A DNA stretch of 64,000 nt, from assembly GCF_031844845.1 (NCBI RefSeq), contig NZ_JAVRMB020000007.1, forward strand, positions 9,153-73,152, read 5' to 3'. The number at the start of each line of letters is the position of its first letter. The stretch's first letter is position 1. The notes below the pieces were generated by a model. That model made no database searches and was not told where the DNA came from. It worked only from the letters and a program-made list of their open reading frames with translations. Positions 9,509-18,900 of the stretch are shown piece by piece. The translations under genes and the position numbers were made by a program. The stretch comes from Endozoicomonas sp. (GTDB lineage Bacteria > Pseudomonadota > Gammaproteobacteria > Pseudomonadales > Endozoicomonadaceae).

Positions 9509-10117
9509 ATGCTGCTCTATATACTTGACCTGTTTGGTACTGCGGTTTTTGCGATTAGTGGTGTTTGGATCGCTTGCCGTAAAGACATGGATTTGTTTGG
9601 CGCAATGGTGCTTGCTTTTGTCACCGCTGTTGGGGGTGGCACCATCAGGGATGTTTTGCTCTCATCGACCCCCGTGTTCTGGATAACCGATACGCTCTAT
9701 TTGCAGGTGATCCTTGCGACCACCCTGTTTGCCATTATGGTTCGTCAGTGGCACGAGCGGAGTAAATGGATACTTCAGGTTTCTGATGCCCTGGGGCTGG
9801 CTGTTTTTGTGGTGATCGGTGTGACCAAATCACTGTCGTCTGGTTTCGATCCGATGGTCGCTATTATGATGGGCGTATTAACCGGCTGTGGTGGTGGCGC
9901 TATCCGGGATATACTGGCCGGTGAAGTGCCTATGGTGTTGAGAAAAGAAATCTATGCGTCTGCTGCGATGCTGGGTGGAGTGGTATTTGTACTTCTGGAC
10001 CCGGTTATCAATAACAGCGATGTGACTACGGTTATTGCCATGATTACTGTATTGGTTTTAAGGCTGCTGGCACTTTATAAAGATTTGTCTTTGCCGCGCT
10101 TTGGTTTGCCGAGATAA
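9509..10117 (+). CDS. UPF0126/TRIC-type membrane protein (YadS/YicG-like)
   Basis: 202 aa, about 7 TM helices, with a duplicated glycine motif (AVGGGTIRDVLL and GCGGGAIRDILA). Confidence 0.8.
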   Translation: MLLYILDLFGTAVFAISGVWIACRKDMDLFGAMVLAFVTAVGGGTIRDVLLSSTPVFWITDTLYLQVILATTLFAIMVRQWHERSKWILQVSDALGLAVFVVIGVTKSLSSGFDPMVAIMMGVLTGCGGGAIRDILAGEVPMVLRKEIYASAAMLGGVVFVLLDPVINNSDVTTVIAMITVLVLRLLALYKDLSLPRFGLPR

Positions 10118-10204
10118 ACCGGTATCAATTTCTGATCGGCTCAATGTATGAGCTGGTCAGGCAACTGTAATGCTTGCGGGAATCCCTGTTTATCAAAAGA
10201 GCCA

Positions 10205-10948
10205 TCAAAATGACTGTGCCGAGTCATAAGAGGCGCTAATCAAAATAGCTTGCATTGTTCTGGTTGAAGAGGGCTCTGATAGATCACATTTCAGGTTGAA
10301 AAGAAGGAGTTGTCCCGGTTTTAAAGGGTCTTGACTTGTTCTGTGCTCTTCAACGTCTTGGTAATTGAAGGCCACTTTATAGAGGTAGGAGCTCTTTTTT
10401 CTAACCCTCATCTCAATGAAACCAACTCCTTTTTTTGGACAGTATTCGGCGATTTTTCCAAAAAAACGGTGCTCTTCCTTTTGTTTGAATTGCCATTCTA
10501 TGAGTTTGTCATCACTCGGTTTGCCGCCATTTTCCTTCTTAAACTTTTCCAGACTGGCAAGTCGTCTTTCTCTGCGGTTTTGCTTCTCCCTGATGATGGC
10601 TTCATCCTCCGGTAGTGGCTCAATGCTGGTTAAAGGGGGGTGACCTGAAACAAGATTGGTATGCTCAGGGATCAGAGTTTTTTGTGCTTCAGTTGTCGTG
10701 TCCACTTTGTTGCCTGGGAGCGTGACTTTTTGATGGAATTTAGATTGGTTTGGCTGCGGTGTTGAGCAGGGCTCTTCAATAGAATTGGTTTGCTCTGTGT
10801 CCTGTTGTGAAACGTGCCTGCCGGAGGTTGCTACATTTCGGCCATTCCAGGATGCTTGAATACATGCACAAAGTTCATCGGCAGTAAGCATTTTTATGGG
10901 TAAAGAAAGGTCAGTCTGTGTACTGATGTCCAGATAATCTTTGAGCAT
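10205..10948 (-). CDS. hypothetical protein with C-terminal cold-shock/OB-like segment
   Basis: 247 aa and AT-rich. The C-terminal FFGKIAEYCPKKGVGFIEMRV...VAFNYQDV...LKPGQLLLFNL resembles the CSD pattern (GKI..KGFGFI...F.H.S.I...L..GQ.V.F). The N-terminal 150 aa are an orphan. Confidence 0.5.
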   Translation of the reverse strand: MLKDYLDISTQTDLSLPIKMLTADELCACIQASWNGRNVATSGRHVSQQDTEQTNSIEEPCSTPQPNQSKFHQKVTLPGNKVDTTTEAQKTLIPEHTNLVSGHPPLTSIEPLPEDEAIIREKQNRRERRLASLEKFKKENGGKPSDDKLIEWQFKQKEEHRFFGKIAEYCPKKGVGFIEMRVRKKSSYLYKVAFNYQDVEEHRTSQDPLKPGQLLLFNLKCDLSEPSSTRTMQAILISASYDSAQSF

Positions 10949-11055
10949 ATATTCTTCCCATGCTGGTATCGCGTATACAGAATGGTTATTGAAAAATAAT
11001 AAAAAATAAAATTTCGTGATTCTTTAGGCTACAGAGTTAGTTGATAGTTTCCCTC

Positions 11056-12177
11056 TTACTCTTCGTTTGAATAAATATGCTGCTTTAATGCCCAGGTGAT
11101 ATGCTCTCTTACCAGTTCTGATGGATAGTTCATGCGCCCCTGCAGGGCTGAAATAATAGCTTCGCTGGTGGGGGCATTCCCCAGTGCAACAGCAATATTC
11201 CGCAACCAGCTTTCATAACCGGCCCTGCGGATCGGGGAACCGGCTGTTCGCTCCAGAAACTGCTCTTCACTCCAGTTGAACAGATCAATCAGGTCGCTGG
11301 AGTCCAGATGATGACGTGGCTGGAAGTCGCTTTCCTGAGTGGGTTTGGCAAAACGGTTCCAGGGGCAGGCCAGCTGGCAGTCATCACAGCCATAGATACG
11401 ATTCCCCATCAGCGGGCGCAGTTCTTCAGGAATGGAGCCTTTGTTTTCAATGGTCAGGTAAGAAATGCAGCGACGGGCATCCACCTGATAAGGGGCAACA
11501 ATCGCCTGGGTAGGGCACTTGTCCATGCAGGAGGTGCAGCGGCCGCAATGGTTGTTTTCGTAGGGTTTATCCACAGGCAGTGGCAGGTTGGTGAACAGTT
11601 CACCAAGGAAGAAAAATGAACCTGCCTGACGGTTCAGTATCAGGGAGTGCTTTCCCATCCAGCCTAACCCGGCCTGTTGAGCCAATGGGCGTTCCATCAC
11701 CGGTGCGCTGTCCACAAAGGCGCGATAGCCATGGTTGCCGACTTCTGCTTCGATCTGTTTGCCGAGCTGGGTGAGTCGTTTTCGAATCAGCTTGTGATAA
11801 TCACGGCCCAGGGCATATCGGGAAATATAGGCTTTTTCAGGCTCGTTCAGTAATTTAACGGTTTGTGTATCAGCAGGCAGGTAATCCATACGAGCCGAGA
11901 TAATCCGCAGTGACCCGGGGTGCAGTTGCTCCGGGTGAGCCCGCAGGTCCTTATGGTGCGTCATATAGGCCATATCACCCTGGTAACCATTTTCCAGCCA
12001 GTCTTCCAGGTGCTGAATATCGCTGTCCGGGATTTTTGCTTCAGTGATCCCGATGTCCTGAAAGCCAAGCTCTCTGGCCCAGATGCGTATTTTTTTGACC
12101 AGGCTTTCCATGTCCGGCACTGGCGATGAGTCCGTCAATGTGGTTAAAGTGGATTGTAAAGATGACTGTTCAGGCAC
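11056..12177 (-). CDS. queG: tRNA epoxyqueuosine(34) reductase
   Basis: 373 aa. It has two 4Fe-4S ferredoxin motifs, CGRCTSCMDKCP and CDDCQLACPWN. It is divergent from nnr, as in E. coli (yjeS-yjeF). Confidence 0.9.
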   Translation of the reverse strand: MPEQSSLQSTLTTLTDSSPVPDMESLVKKIRIWARELGFQDIGITEAKIPDSDIQHLEDWLENGYQGDMAYMTHHKDLRAHPEQLHPGSLRIISARMDYLPADTQTVKLLNEPEKAYISRYALGRDYHKLIRKRLTQLGKQIEAEVGNHGYRAFVDSAPVMERPLAQQAGLGWMGKHSLILNRQAGSFFFLGELFTNLPLPVDKPYENNHCGRCTSCMDKCPTQAIVAPYQVDARRCISYLTIENKGSIPEELRPLMGNRIYGCDDCQLACPWNRFAKPTQESDFQPRHHLDSSDLIDLFNWSEEQFLERTAGSPIRRAGYESWLRNIAVALGNAPTSEAIISALQGRMNYPSELVREHITWALKQHIYSNEE

Positions 12178-12215
12178 TGAATTGGATTAACTCTTTTGGC
12201 ATAGTTTGTTGAAGG

Positions 12216-12325
12216 CCGTTGTCCGTTACCCGCTGCCCGTTGTCCGCAAAAGCATAAGCGAACCCGGCTTTTTCGGACAATGTTCGTTGAAATGGGGAAG
12301 TTATTTAAGGATAGTCCCAAAACTT
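12216..12325. repeat. MITE/REP family copy C (core plus one terminal module)
   Basis: The sequence is ccgttgtccgttacccgctgcccgttgtccgcaaaagcataagcgaacccggctttttcggacaatgttcgttgaaatggggaagttatttaaggatagtccc. It is close to the reverse complement of the copy at 47548-47648. Confidence 0.75.
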
Positions 12326-12379
12326 GTCGTCCCCGTCGCTGGGCGTTTAATTAGCGGTTGGTATTGTATCATCGCGAGC

Positions 12380-13912
12380 ATGCTTATGAATAAGAGCTTA
12401 CCAGAGTCTCTCTACACAGCCGATCAGGTTCGGCAGCTGGATCATGTGGCCATCCACCGGGAGGGCATCCCCGGTTTTGAACTGATGAACCGTGCGGCCC
12501 GGGCAGTGTTGGCGGCTATTATTCGTCGCTGGCCAGAGGCAAAGACCCTGCTGGTACTTTGTGGCGCCGGTAACAATGGCGGCGATGGTTACCTGGTGGC
12601 CAAACTGGCAAAAGAGCAAGGCCTGAGCGTTTCGGTGCTCGCCTTTAAGGATCCTGCCCGGCTGGCCGGGGATGCTCTGACCGCCTGGCAGACTTGTTCC
12701 GATGCTGGTGTTGTGGTTCGGACTTACGATGGCAGGGAGCCATTGTCTGCGGATGTGGTTGTGGATGCCATGTTGGGAACGGGTCTGTCCGGGAACGTTC
12801 GTGGACATTATGAAGAAGCCATAAAGCGGCTTAATCACACTGAAACCCCGGTGTGTGCAGTGGATCTCCCTTCCGGCCTCTGTGCCGATACGGGGGTGCC
12901 ATTGGGCAGTGCGGTTAAAGCCACACTCACGGTTTCCTTTATTGGTTTGAAGCAGGGATTATTAACGGGGCAGGGCCCTGAGTATTGTGGTGAGCTGATA
13001 TTTAACCATCTCAGGATGCCGGAAGCGGTTTATCAATCGGTTCCTTCCCATTGCCAGCGAATCACACCAGGGCAGTTTCAGGGCTGGCTTGCGCCAAGAA
13101 GCCGGGCGGCTCATAAAGGGGATTTTGGCCATGTGCTGCTGATCGGTGGTAACAAGGGGATGCCCGGAGCGATTATCATGGCGGCTGAATCTGCCATCCA
13201 CTGTGGCGCAGGTCGTGTCACGGTAGTAACACGCAAGCAGCACCTTACCGCGCTGGCCGTTCGTTGCCCTGAGGTGATGGGGACTTCGGTGGAAAGCCAG
13301 TCGGGTCTTGGCTCTCTTGCTGAGGGAAAGAATGTTATTGTTATCGGACCCGGTCTGGGCAGGGATGATTGGGCATTAAAACTGTTAAAGGATGCGCTGG
13401 CTGCTGAGTGTTCGCTGGTGCTTGATGCTGATGCCCTGAATCTTTTATCGGATCATCCACAATTGCTAAATGGGCGAAAGTCTCCGATTATTTTCACGCC
13501 CCATTCTGGTGAACTGGCCCGCTTGTCCGGGCAGGATATACCGACGATTCAGCAGAATCGGTTTGCTGCACTGGCTGACGGTCATGGACAATTAACGACG
13601 ATGACCGAAAGTCTGCCGGATATCACCCTGTTATTAAAAGGGGCGGGCACCCTGATTTTTGATGGCCAGAATACGGCATTATGCTCCGAGGGAAACCCCG
13701 GTATGGCAGTGGCAGGGATGGGGGATGTGCTCAGCGGTGTTATTGGTGCACTGCTCGCGCAGGGGCTGGAACCTTTCAAGGCAGCCCAAATGGCAGCCTG
13801 GCTGCATGCCTCGGCGGCGGATGAGGTGGTTGCCGGTCAGGGAGAAACGGGTTTACGGGCGACCGAACTGATTCCGGTCATCAGACAACGACTGAATTTT
13901 ATCATTGGTTAA
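12380..13912 (+). CDS. nnr: bifunctional NAD(P)H-hydrate repair enzyme (epimerase / ADP-dependent dehydratase)
   Basis: The ORF track starts at 12206, but the first 58 codons read through the MITE. I prefer ATG 12380 (MLMNKSLPESLYTADQVRQLD). The YjeF N-domain shows GAGNNGGDGY, and the C-domain shows GPGLG and GMGDVLSG. Confidence 0.9.
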   Translation: MLMNKSLPESLYTADQVRQLDHVAIHREGIPGFELMNRAARAVLAAIIRRWPEAKTLLVLCGAGNNGGDGYLVAKLAKEQGLSVSVLAFKDPARLAGDALTAWQTCSDAGVVVRTYDGREPLSADVVVDAMLGTGLSGNVRGHYEEAIKRLNHTETPVCAVDLPSGLCADTGVPLGSAVKATLTVSFIGLKQGLLTGQGPEYCGELIFNHLRMPEAVYQSVPSHCQRITPGQFQGWLAPRSRAAHKGDFGHVLLIGGNKGMPGAIIMAAESAIHCGAGRVTVVTRKQHLTALAVRCPEVMGTSVESQSGLGSLAEGKNVIVIGPGLGRDDWALKLLKDALAAECSLVLDADALNLLSDHPQLLNGRKSPIIFTPHSGELARLSGQDIPTIQQNRFAALADGHGQLTTMTESLPDITLLLKGAGTLIFDGQNTALCSEGNPGMAVAGMGDVLSGVIGALLAQGLEPFKAAQMAAWLHASAADEVVAGQGETGLRATELIPVIRQRLNFIIG

Positions 13913-13971
13913 TTAGCAGACGGTTTTCGGTTTTAGGTTTTATCCGAGAATGGCTGTTATGGAAAAAGCTT

Positions 13972-14451
13972 ATGCAAGGCAGATATGAACTGCTGATAGA
14001 AAATGAAGAAGCCATGGTGGCGCTGGGGGGATATCTGGCAGAAGCCCTGGGAGGCAAGGGTATTGTCTTTCTGCATGGTGACCTGGGGGCGGGTAAAACC
14101 ACATTCAGTCGAGGTGTACTTAGATATCTTGGGCACCAGGGCGCCGTGAAAAGCCCAACCTATACACTGGTCGAGCCTTATGAGGTGAATGGCCACAAGG
14201 TCTATCACTTTGATCTCTATCGTCTTGCCGATCCGGAAGAATTGGAATTTATCGGTGGCCGGGACTATTTCAATGAGGTGGCACTTTGTCTGGTTGAATG
14301 GCCGTCCCGTGGGCAGGGAGAGTTGCCGGAAGCCGATCTGGATATTACTTTTGACTACGACTTACCTGGAAGGAAAGCGACAATCATCGCTGGTACTGAA
14401 GCAGGGAAAAAAGCGCTGAATAAAATCAGATCGCTGCAGGAGGGTGGATGA
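13972..14451 (+). CDS. tsaE: tRNA t6A37 biosynthesis ATPase TsaE
   Basis: 159 aa. It has the P-loop GDLGAGKTTFSRG and a YHFDLYR motif. Confidence 0.93.
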   Translation: MQGRYELLIENEEAMVALGGYLAEALGGKGIVFLHGDLGAGKTTFSRGVLRYLGHQGAVKSPTYTLVEPYEVNGHKVYHFDLYRLADPEELEFIGGRDYFNEVALCLVEWPSRGQGELPEADLDITFDYDLPGRKATIIAGTEAGKKALNKIRSLQEGG

Positions 14452-15926
14452 GCCAGAGAACAGGGACTGTTCACCGAATTCTGACAGCATTATCAGCAAA
14501 AATGACTGGTAAGAAAACCTCCATACTCTCTCAGGAAGGGCGGGTAAAAAAAGGGGTTGTCGAACCGGCTTTTGCAGATGGCAGAAGGCGTCTGGTAAAA
14601 CAGCTGGGTATTCTGATGGTGGGACTGTCGGTCCTCAAGGTTCAGGTCGCTGAAGCAGTCTATAAACTGATTAAAAATGTCAGGCTCTGGCGCTCGCCGG
14701 ATAAAACACGACTGGTGTTTGATGTTTCCGACGCGGTTGAACATAACAAGTTCCATCTGAGTAATCCCAGCCGACTGGTTATTGATGTCGATGGCGCAAG
14801 GCTCAGCGGTTCGTTCAATGGCTTGCAGCTGAAAGGGACGCCGATTCAAAAAATCCGGCATGGTTCCCGCAATCAGAATGACCTGCGTATTGTACTGGAC
14901 CTCAGCGAAAAAGTGGCCAGTGAAAGCTTTCTGTTAAAGCCTAATGCCACTTATGGTCACCGTCTGGTGGTTGACCTGTTTGATGATGAGGGCAGAAAAC
15001 CAAAGCCGGTGGTAAAACAGAAACCCGTTGGTTTTCGGAATATTGTGGTGGCGATTGATGCCGGCCATGGTGGTGAAGACCCGGGAGCCATTGCTTATGG
15101 CGGTGGTTATGAGAAGCACGTAACGCTGGCGATTGCCAAAGAACTGGCGGCATTATTGAATCGTACAAAAGGGTTTAAACCAGTGCTGGTGCGGACTGGC
15201 GACTACTATGTTGACCTGCGTCGCCGTACCCAGATTGCCAGAGAGAATAACGCCGATCTGTTTATCTCTATTCATGCGGATGGTTTTAAGGATCGACGTG
15301 CCAGAGGAGCTTCCGTGTATGCCCTGTCACGTAGAGGTGCTACCTCGGAAACCGCCCGCTGGCTGGCGCAAAAGGAGAATGCAGCAGACCAGATTGGCGG
15401 GGAGGGCGGTATTTCCCTGAATGATAAAGATGATGTTCTGGCGGGAGTTTTGCTGGACCTGTCCATGACCTCAACACTCTCTTCCAGTCTTGAAGTGGGC
15501 AACAAGGTGCTTGGCAATATGGGGGGAGTCAACCGACTCCATAAAAAGAACGTCGAACAGGCGGGCTTTATGGTGCTGAAGTCGCCGGATATTCCCTCGA
15601 TTCTGGTGGAAACCGGATTTATCACCAATCCGGAAGAGGCCAGAAAGTTGAAGAGCCGCAGTCATCAGAAAGCCATGGCGAAGGCGATCTTCAGCGGGGC
15701 AACAAGCTGGTTCTATCAAAAACCTCCGCCGGATACGCACATTGCCAAGTGGAAACATGAGGGTACACTTGTTACCCGGCCTTCACGGTATCAGATCAAG
15801 GCTGGGGATACGTTATCTGAGATCGCCAATCAGTTTGATATCAACATGAATGACCTTAAGCGTGTTAATCGGCTATCCAGCGCTAATAATATTCGTGTTG
15901 GCCAGATACTGGTGATTCCAAATTAA
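14448..15926 (+). CDS. amiB: N-acetylmuramoyl-L-alanine amidase with C-terminal LysM
   Basis: 492 aa. There is an ATGA overlap with tsaE. The Amidase_3 core shows IDAGHGGEDPGA and SIHADG. The C-terminal LysM reads YQIKAGDTLSEIANQFDI...LVIP. Confidence 0.92.
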   Translation: MSQRTGTVHRILTALSAKMTGKKTSILSQEGRVKKGVVEPAFADGRRRLVKQLGILMVGLSVLKVQVAEAVYKLIKNVRLWRSPDKTRLVFDVSDAVEHNKFHLSNPSRLVIDVDGARLSGSFNGLQLKGTPIQKIRHGSRNQNDLRIVLDLSEKVASESFLLKPNATYGHRLVVDLFDDEGRKPKPVVKQKPVGFRNIVVAIDAGHGGEDPGAIAYGGGYEKHVTLAIAKELAALLNRTKGFKPVLVRTGDYYVDLRRRTQIARENNADLFISIHADGFKDRRARGASVYALSRRGATSETARWLAQKENAADQIGGEGGISLNDKDDVLAGVLLDLSMTSTLSSSLEVGNKVLGNMGGVNRLHKKNVEQAGFMVLKSPDIPSILVETGFITNPEEARKLKSRSHQKAMAKAIFSGATSWFYQKPPPDTHIAKWKHEGTLVTRPSRYQIKAGDTLSEIANQFDINMNDLKRVNRLSSANNIRVGQILVIPN

Positions 15927-15957
15927 TCCGGAACAGGCTGTTACCATAGCTCTGCGT

Positions 15958-18900
15958 TTACACTGCTGTCGTCATAAATAACTGGTCTGGATTATCGTCT
16001 GTGTCGAGCCCATCTGTGCTTTCAGTAAGGTGTTCGTATCGAGTATAAAAATAAAGGGGTGTCTTGCGTGTAATACCTATGGTGTTGACGAGGAACTGGC
16101 AGGGGGATGAATCAGGGTCCAGCTCTCTTAGTTTTCTGGCATTAAGGCAGCAGGGGATGCATGTCAATCCTGTCAATCCTGTCAATCCAGCCAGGGAGCA
16201 TATTACAATTACTGTGTTGTCATCGTTTGGCATTGAATCCGGAGTTGTTGTCTCTGTCCGGATTGGTGAGGCTGGCTGAGTGGTAGAGGGGGCGGGAGTT
16301 GTGGTGATCTGGCAGGTTGCCCCGGTAACCGTGCTATTCATACGCTGATTTTCGCAAATAACCATGACGGCGCTAATATTCATACCATTATGTATCTGCG
16401 GCCCGATGAGTTCGCAATCCAAAAAGTGGGTTTCGTTACCGAGGCACTGAAGATACTGCCAGCCCAGGAAGTTAACGACTGGAAATGACAGGTTTTGTTG
16501 TAGCGCAATTGCTCCCTCCCCGGAAAGGCCCATTCCACGACAGACGGCACTGGCGGCGTTATTGTCAAAGCCGTTACCTTCAATATATAGCCATCTGTTG
16601 CCATACCACATTACCAGAAACTGATTATCGGGCCCTGCTCCGCATTCCTTTGAAACCTGAACGCCCGGGGGACAGTTGATTGCCTGAATATATCCGGGGT
16701 CAGAGAATCCATCATAGATTACAAGGTTACAGGCCGTAATGTCTTTTTCGCTACCATTACAGCCAGAAAGACTTGTTGTATAGGTGGTTGTGTTGAGATT
16801 GTCATGATATTGCGCGTTGACAAATCTGGCACCGTCTCTTGGGTATCCCAAAGCGTAGCAAAGTACGCTGGCTTCATTGTCATTGGGTGTACCAGTGAGG
16901 AGTGCTCCCCATTCGCGATAAATAATACGCGCTTCCGGACAGCCAGCCGTGCCATTTTTGACTGGAGTCGTTGTTTTGCATTTCTGGAGCCGAAGATCAA
17001 CCTGGATGGGGCATTCCACCATCAGACAGTCTGACTGATCATGACGTTGATGGGGCGTCAGTTCAGTTTTAGGACAGTCCAGAATGCTTTCTTCGTCTCC
17101 GGTGCATTGAAAGGTTTCCTGAACACTCATATGCTCCCACGAGTGGTAGCAGTTGAGGCTTGAAACTTTGCCGCCTCTGATGAGCCCGAGTTCGTGGCAG
17201 AGTACGCTGACCCCTTTATTGTCAATGCTACCATGTGGGAAGGTTGCCCTTGTACCATTCAAAAGTAGATCGGGTACAAACGTAATCATACCCGTTTGTC
17301 TAACAGAGCCAAGGTTCATTCCAATAGGCTGGCAGCGTACAGCTACCGCTTTATTGTTATTCAGATTACCGTTTTGTTCGTCCGGCTCTTTATACTGACA
17401 ATCCTGGATTTTCTTTTCACTTCCGCGACAGTGTACGTCGCCCATAATGATGTTGAGATTAGTGCCAGTGCTGTTCAGGGAATCATCATTAATTACCACC
17501 GCGTGATCTGCGGGATACTGCATTTGCCTGCAGATGATGCCAGCCTCAAGGTTACTGATACCACCGGAATCAATGTGACCCCATGTACCGTTGTGGAACA
17601 CCTCAACCTTACCGCTAACAGTACTATTGCCAGGTGAAAAGCGAACAGTGGATGAGTTTGAAGCAGGTGAACCAATGGACTGCCGCTTCTGGCGAAGATT
17701 TCCTTTATCCAGTGTTGCAGACGCTTTTTTACCGGTATCATTCCGGGGAGCATTCATATTGGCTGTATCACGTATTCGCTCGGTCAATATATCCATGGGG
17801 TTCCCCTGATCATGGAGGGTAAATCCTTTTAAGCCGATATCAATCGCCATGTTTTTTGTTTCAGTGTCATAAGTAAACAGATAGACCTTTGAGTCCTTCT
17901 GCTGTTCACAGAATGTGATGGCCAGGATCCGGTTTGTCGGTGTCACAGGCATCGTCACGGCGTTAAGGGTGGGAGAAGTGACGGGCTCCCGGCAGGTGAA
18001 ATTCGCAGGATTATTACTGGCCGTACCATTGAACGATTGTCCGGCCAGTTGTTCTATTGGGGAATGTTGAGTAGTGCTGTTACCGGTGCTATTGAGTGAA
18101 CGTACACATTGCAAGACCCCCATGGCAGGTACAAAGTCTCCAGTCTCGCTGATGCTGATAAAGGGGCTATCGGATAACTTTCTTACATCAGGTGCACAGG
18201 ACTGGTAGCGAAGGCACTCTGTTTGCTGTTTTTGCGTCCCCGGTTTGCCAGCAACCAGCCATCCAGCCGTCCGTGTTTCAGGAAAGGTGGTCACATTATG
18301 GCTATCCGGTTTGGGGCACCTGTCATTACTGCAGGTTGCCCCGGCATTTCCGGCCATAAAAGCACTGACTTCCCGCCAGAGATAATGACGTATTTCTGCT
18401 GCCGCTGCGGCTGTCGGTTGAAAAAAACTCCAGCCCCTGTTGGGGGCGATGCCGGCAGATTGATCACAATGGGAGCCGGGTTCTGTAGGTTCTGTAAAGC
18501 GGAGCCGGGTGGAGAAAGGAACTGCCTGTTCTGCTGTTTCAGTATTCATTGTCGGGCGTTGATCAGCCGCTTTGACCGGGTTGCCAGGCATGCTTGCAGT
18601 GACGCCAATTTGCCCAAAAGCCTGGAGCCAGGGTTCGAGGAATGGCTGATATTGCTGTGGCAGTTTTTTGCAGAGTTCATGTAAATGATGGTGTACCTGA
18701 CTGTGAGCGCCATAGCTTGCTAAAAGCCCTGTCAGTACGCTGGTGGCGAAGTGAGGGTCACCACTGGTAATGGCGGGGTAAAGGGAATATAAGATAACGG
18801 CAATATTGCCCGCGAAGGCTATGTTTTTGGCAATGCTGGCATTGTTCGATGCTTCGCCACAGGCAGCGGAAACTATCCCGGGTGCCTGGTGTATGCTGGT

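Noticed and set aside
12206-12379. 58-codon N-terminal extension of nnr given by the ORF track
   Set aside because: The extension reads through the MITE copy at 12216-12325. Canonical YjeF similarity starts after ATG 12380.
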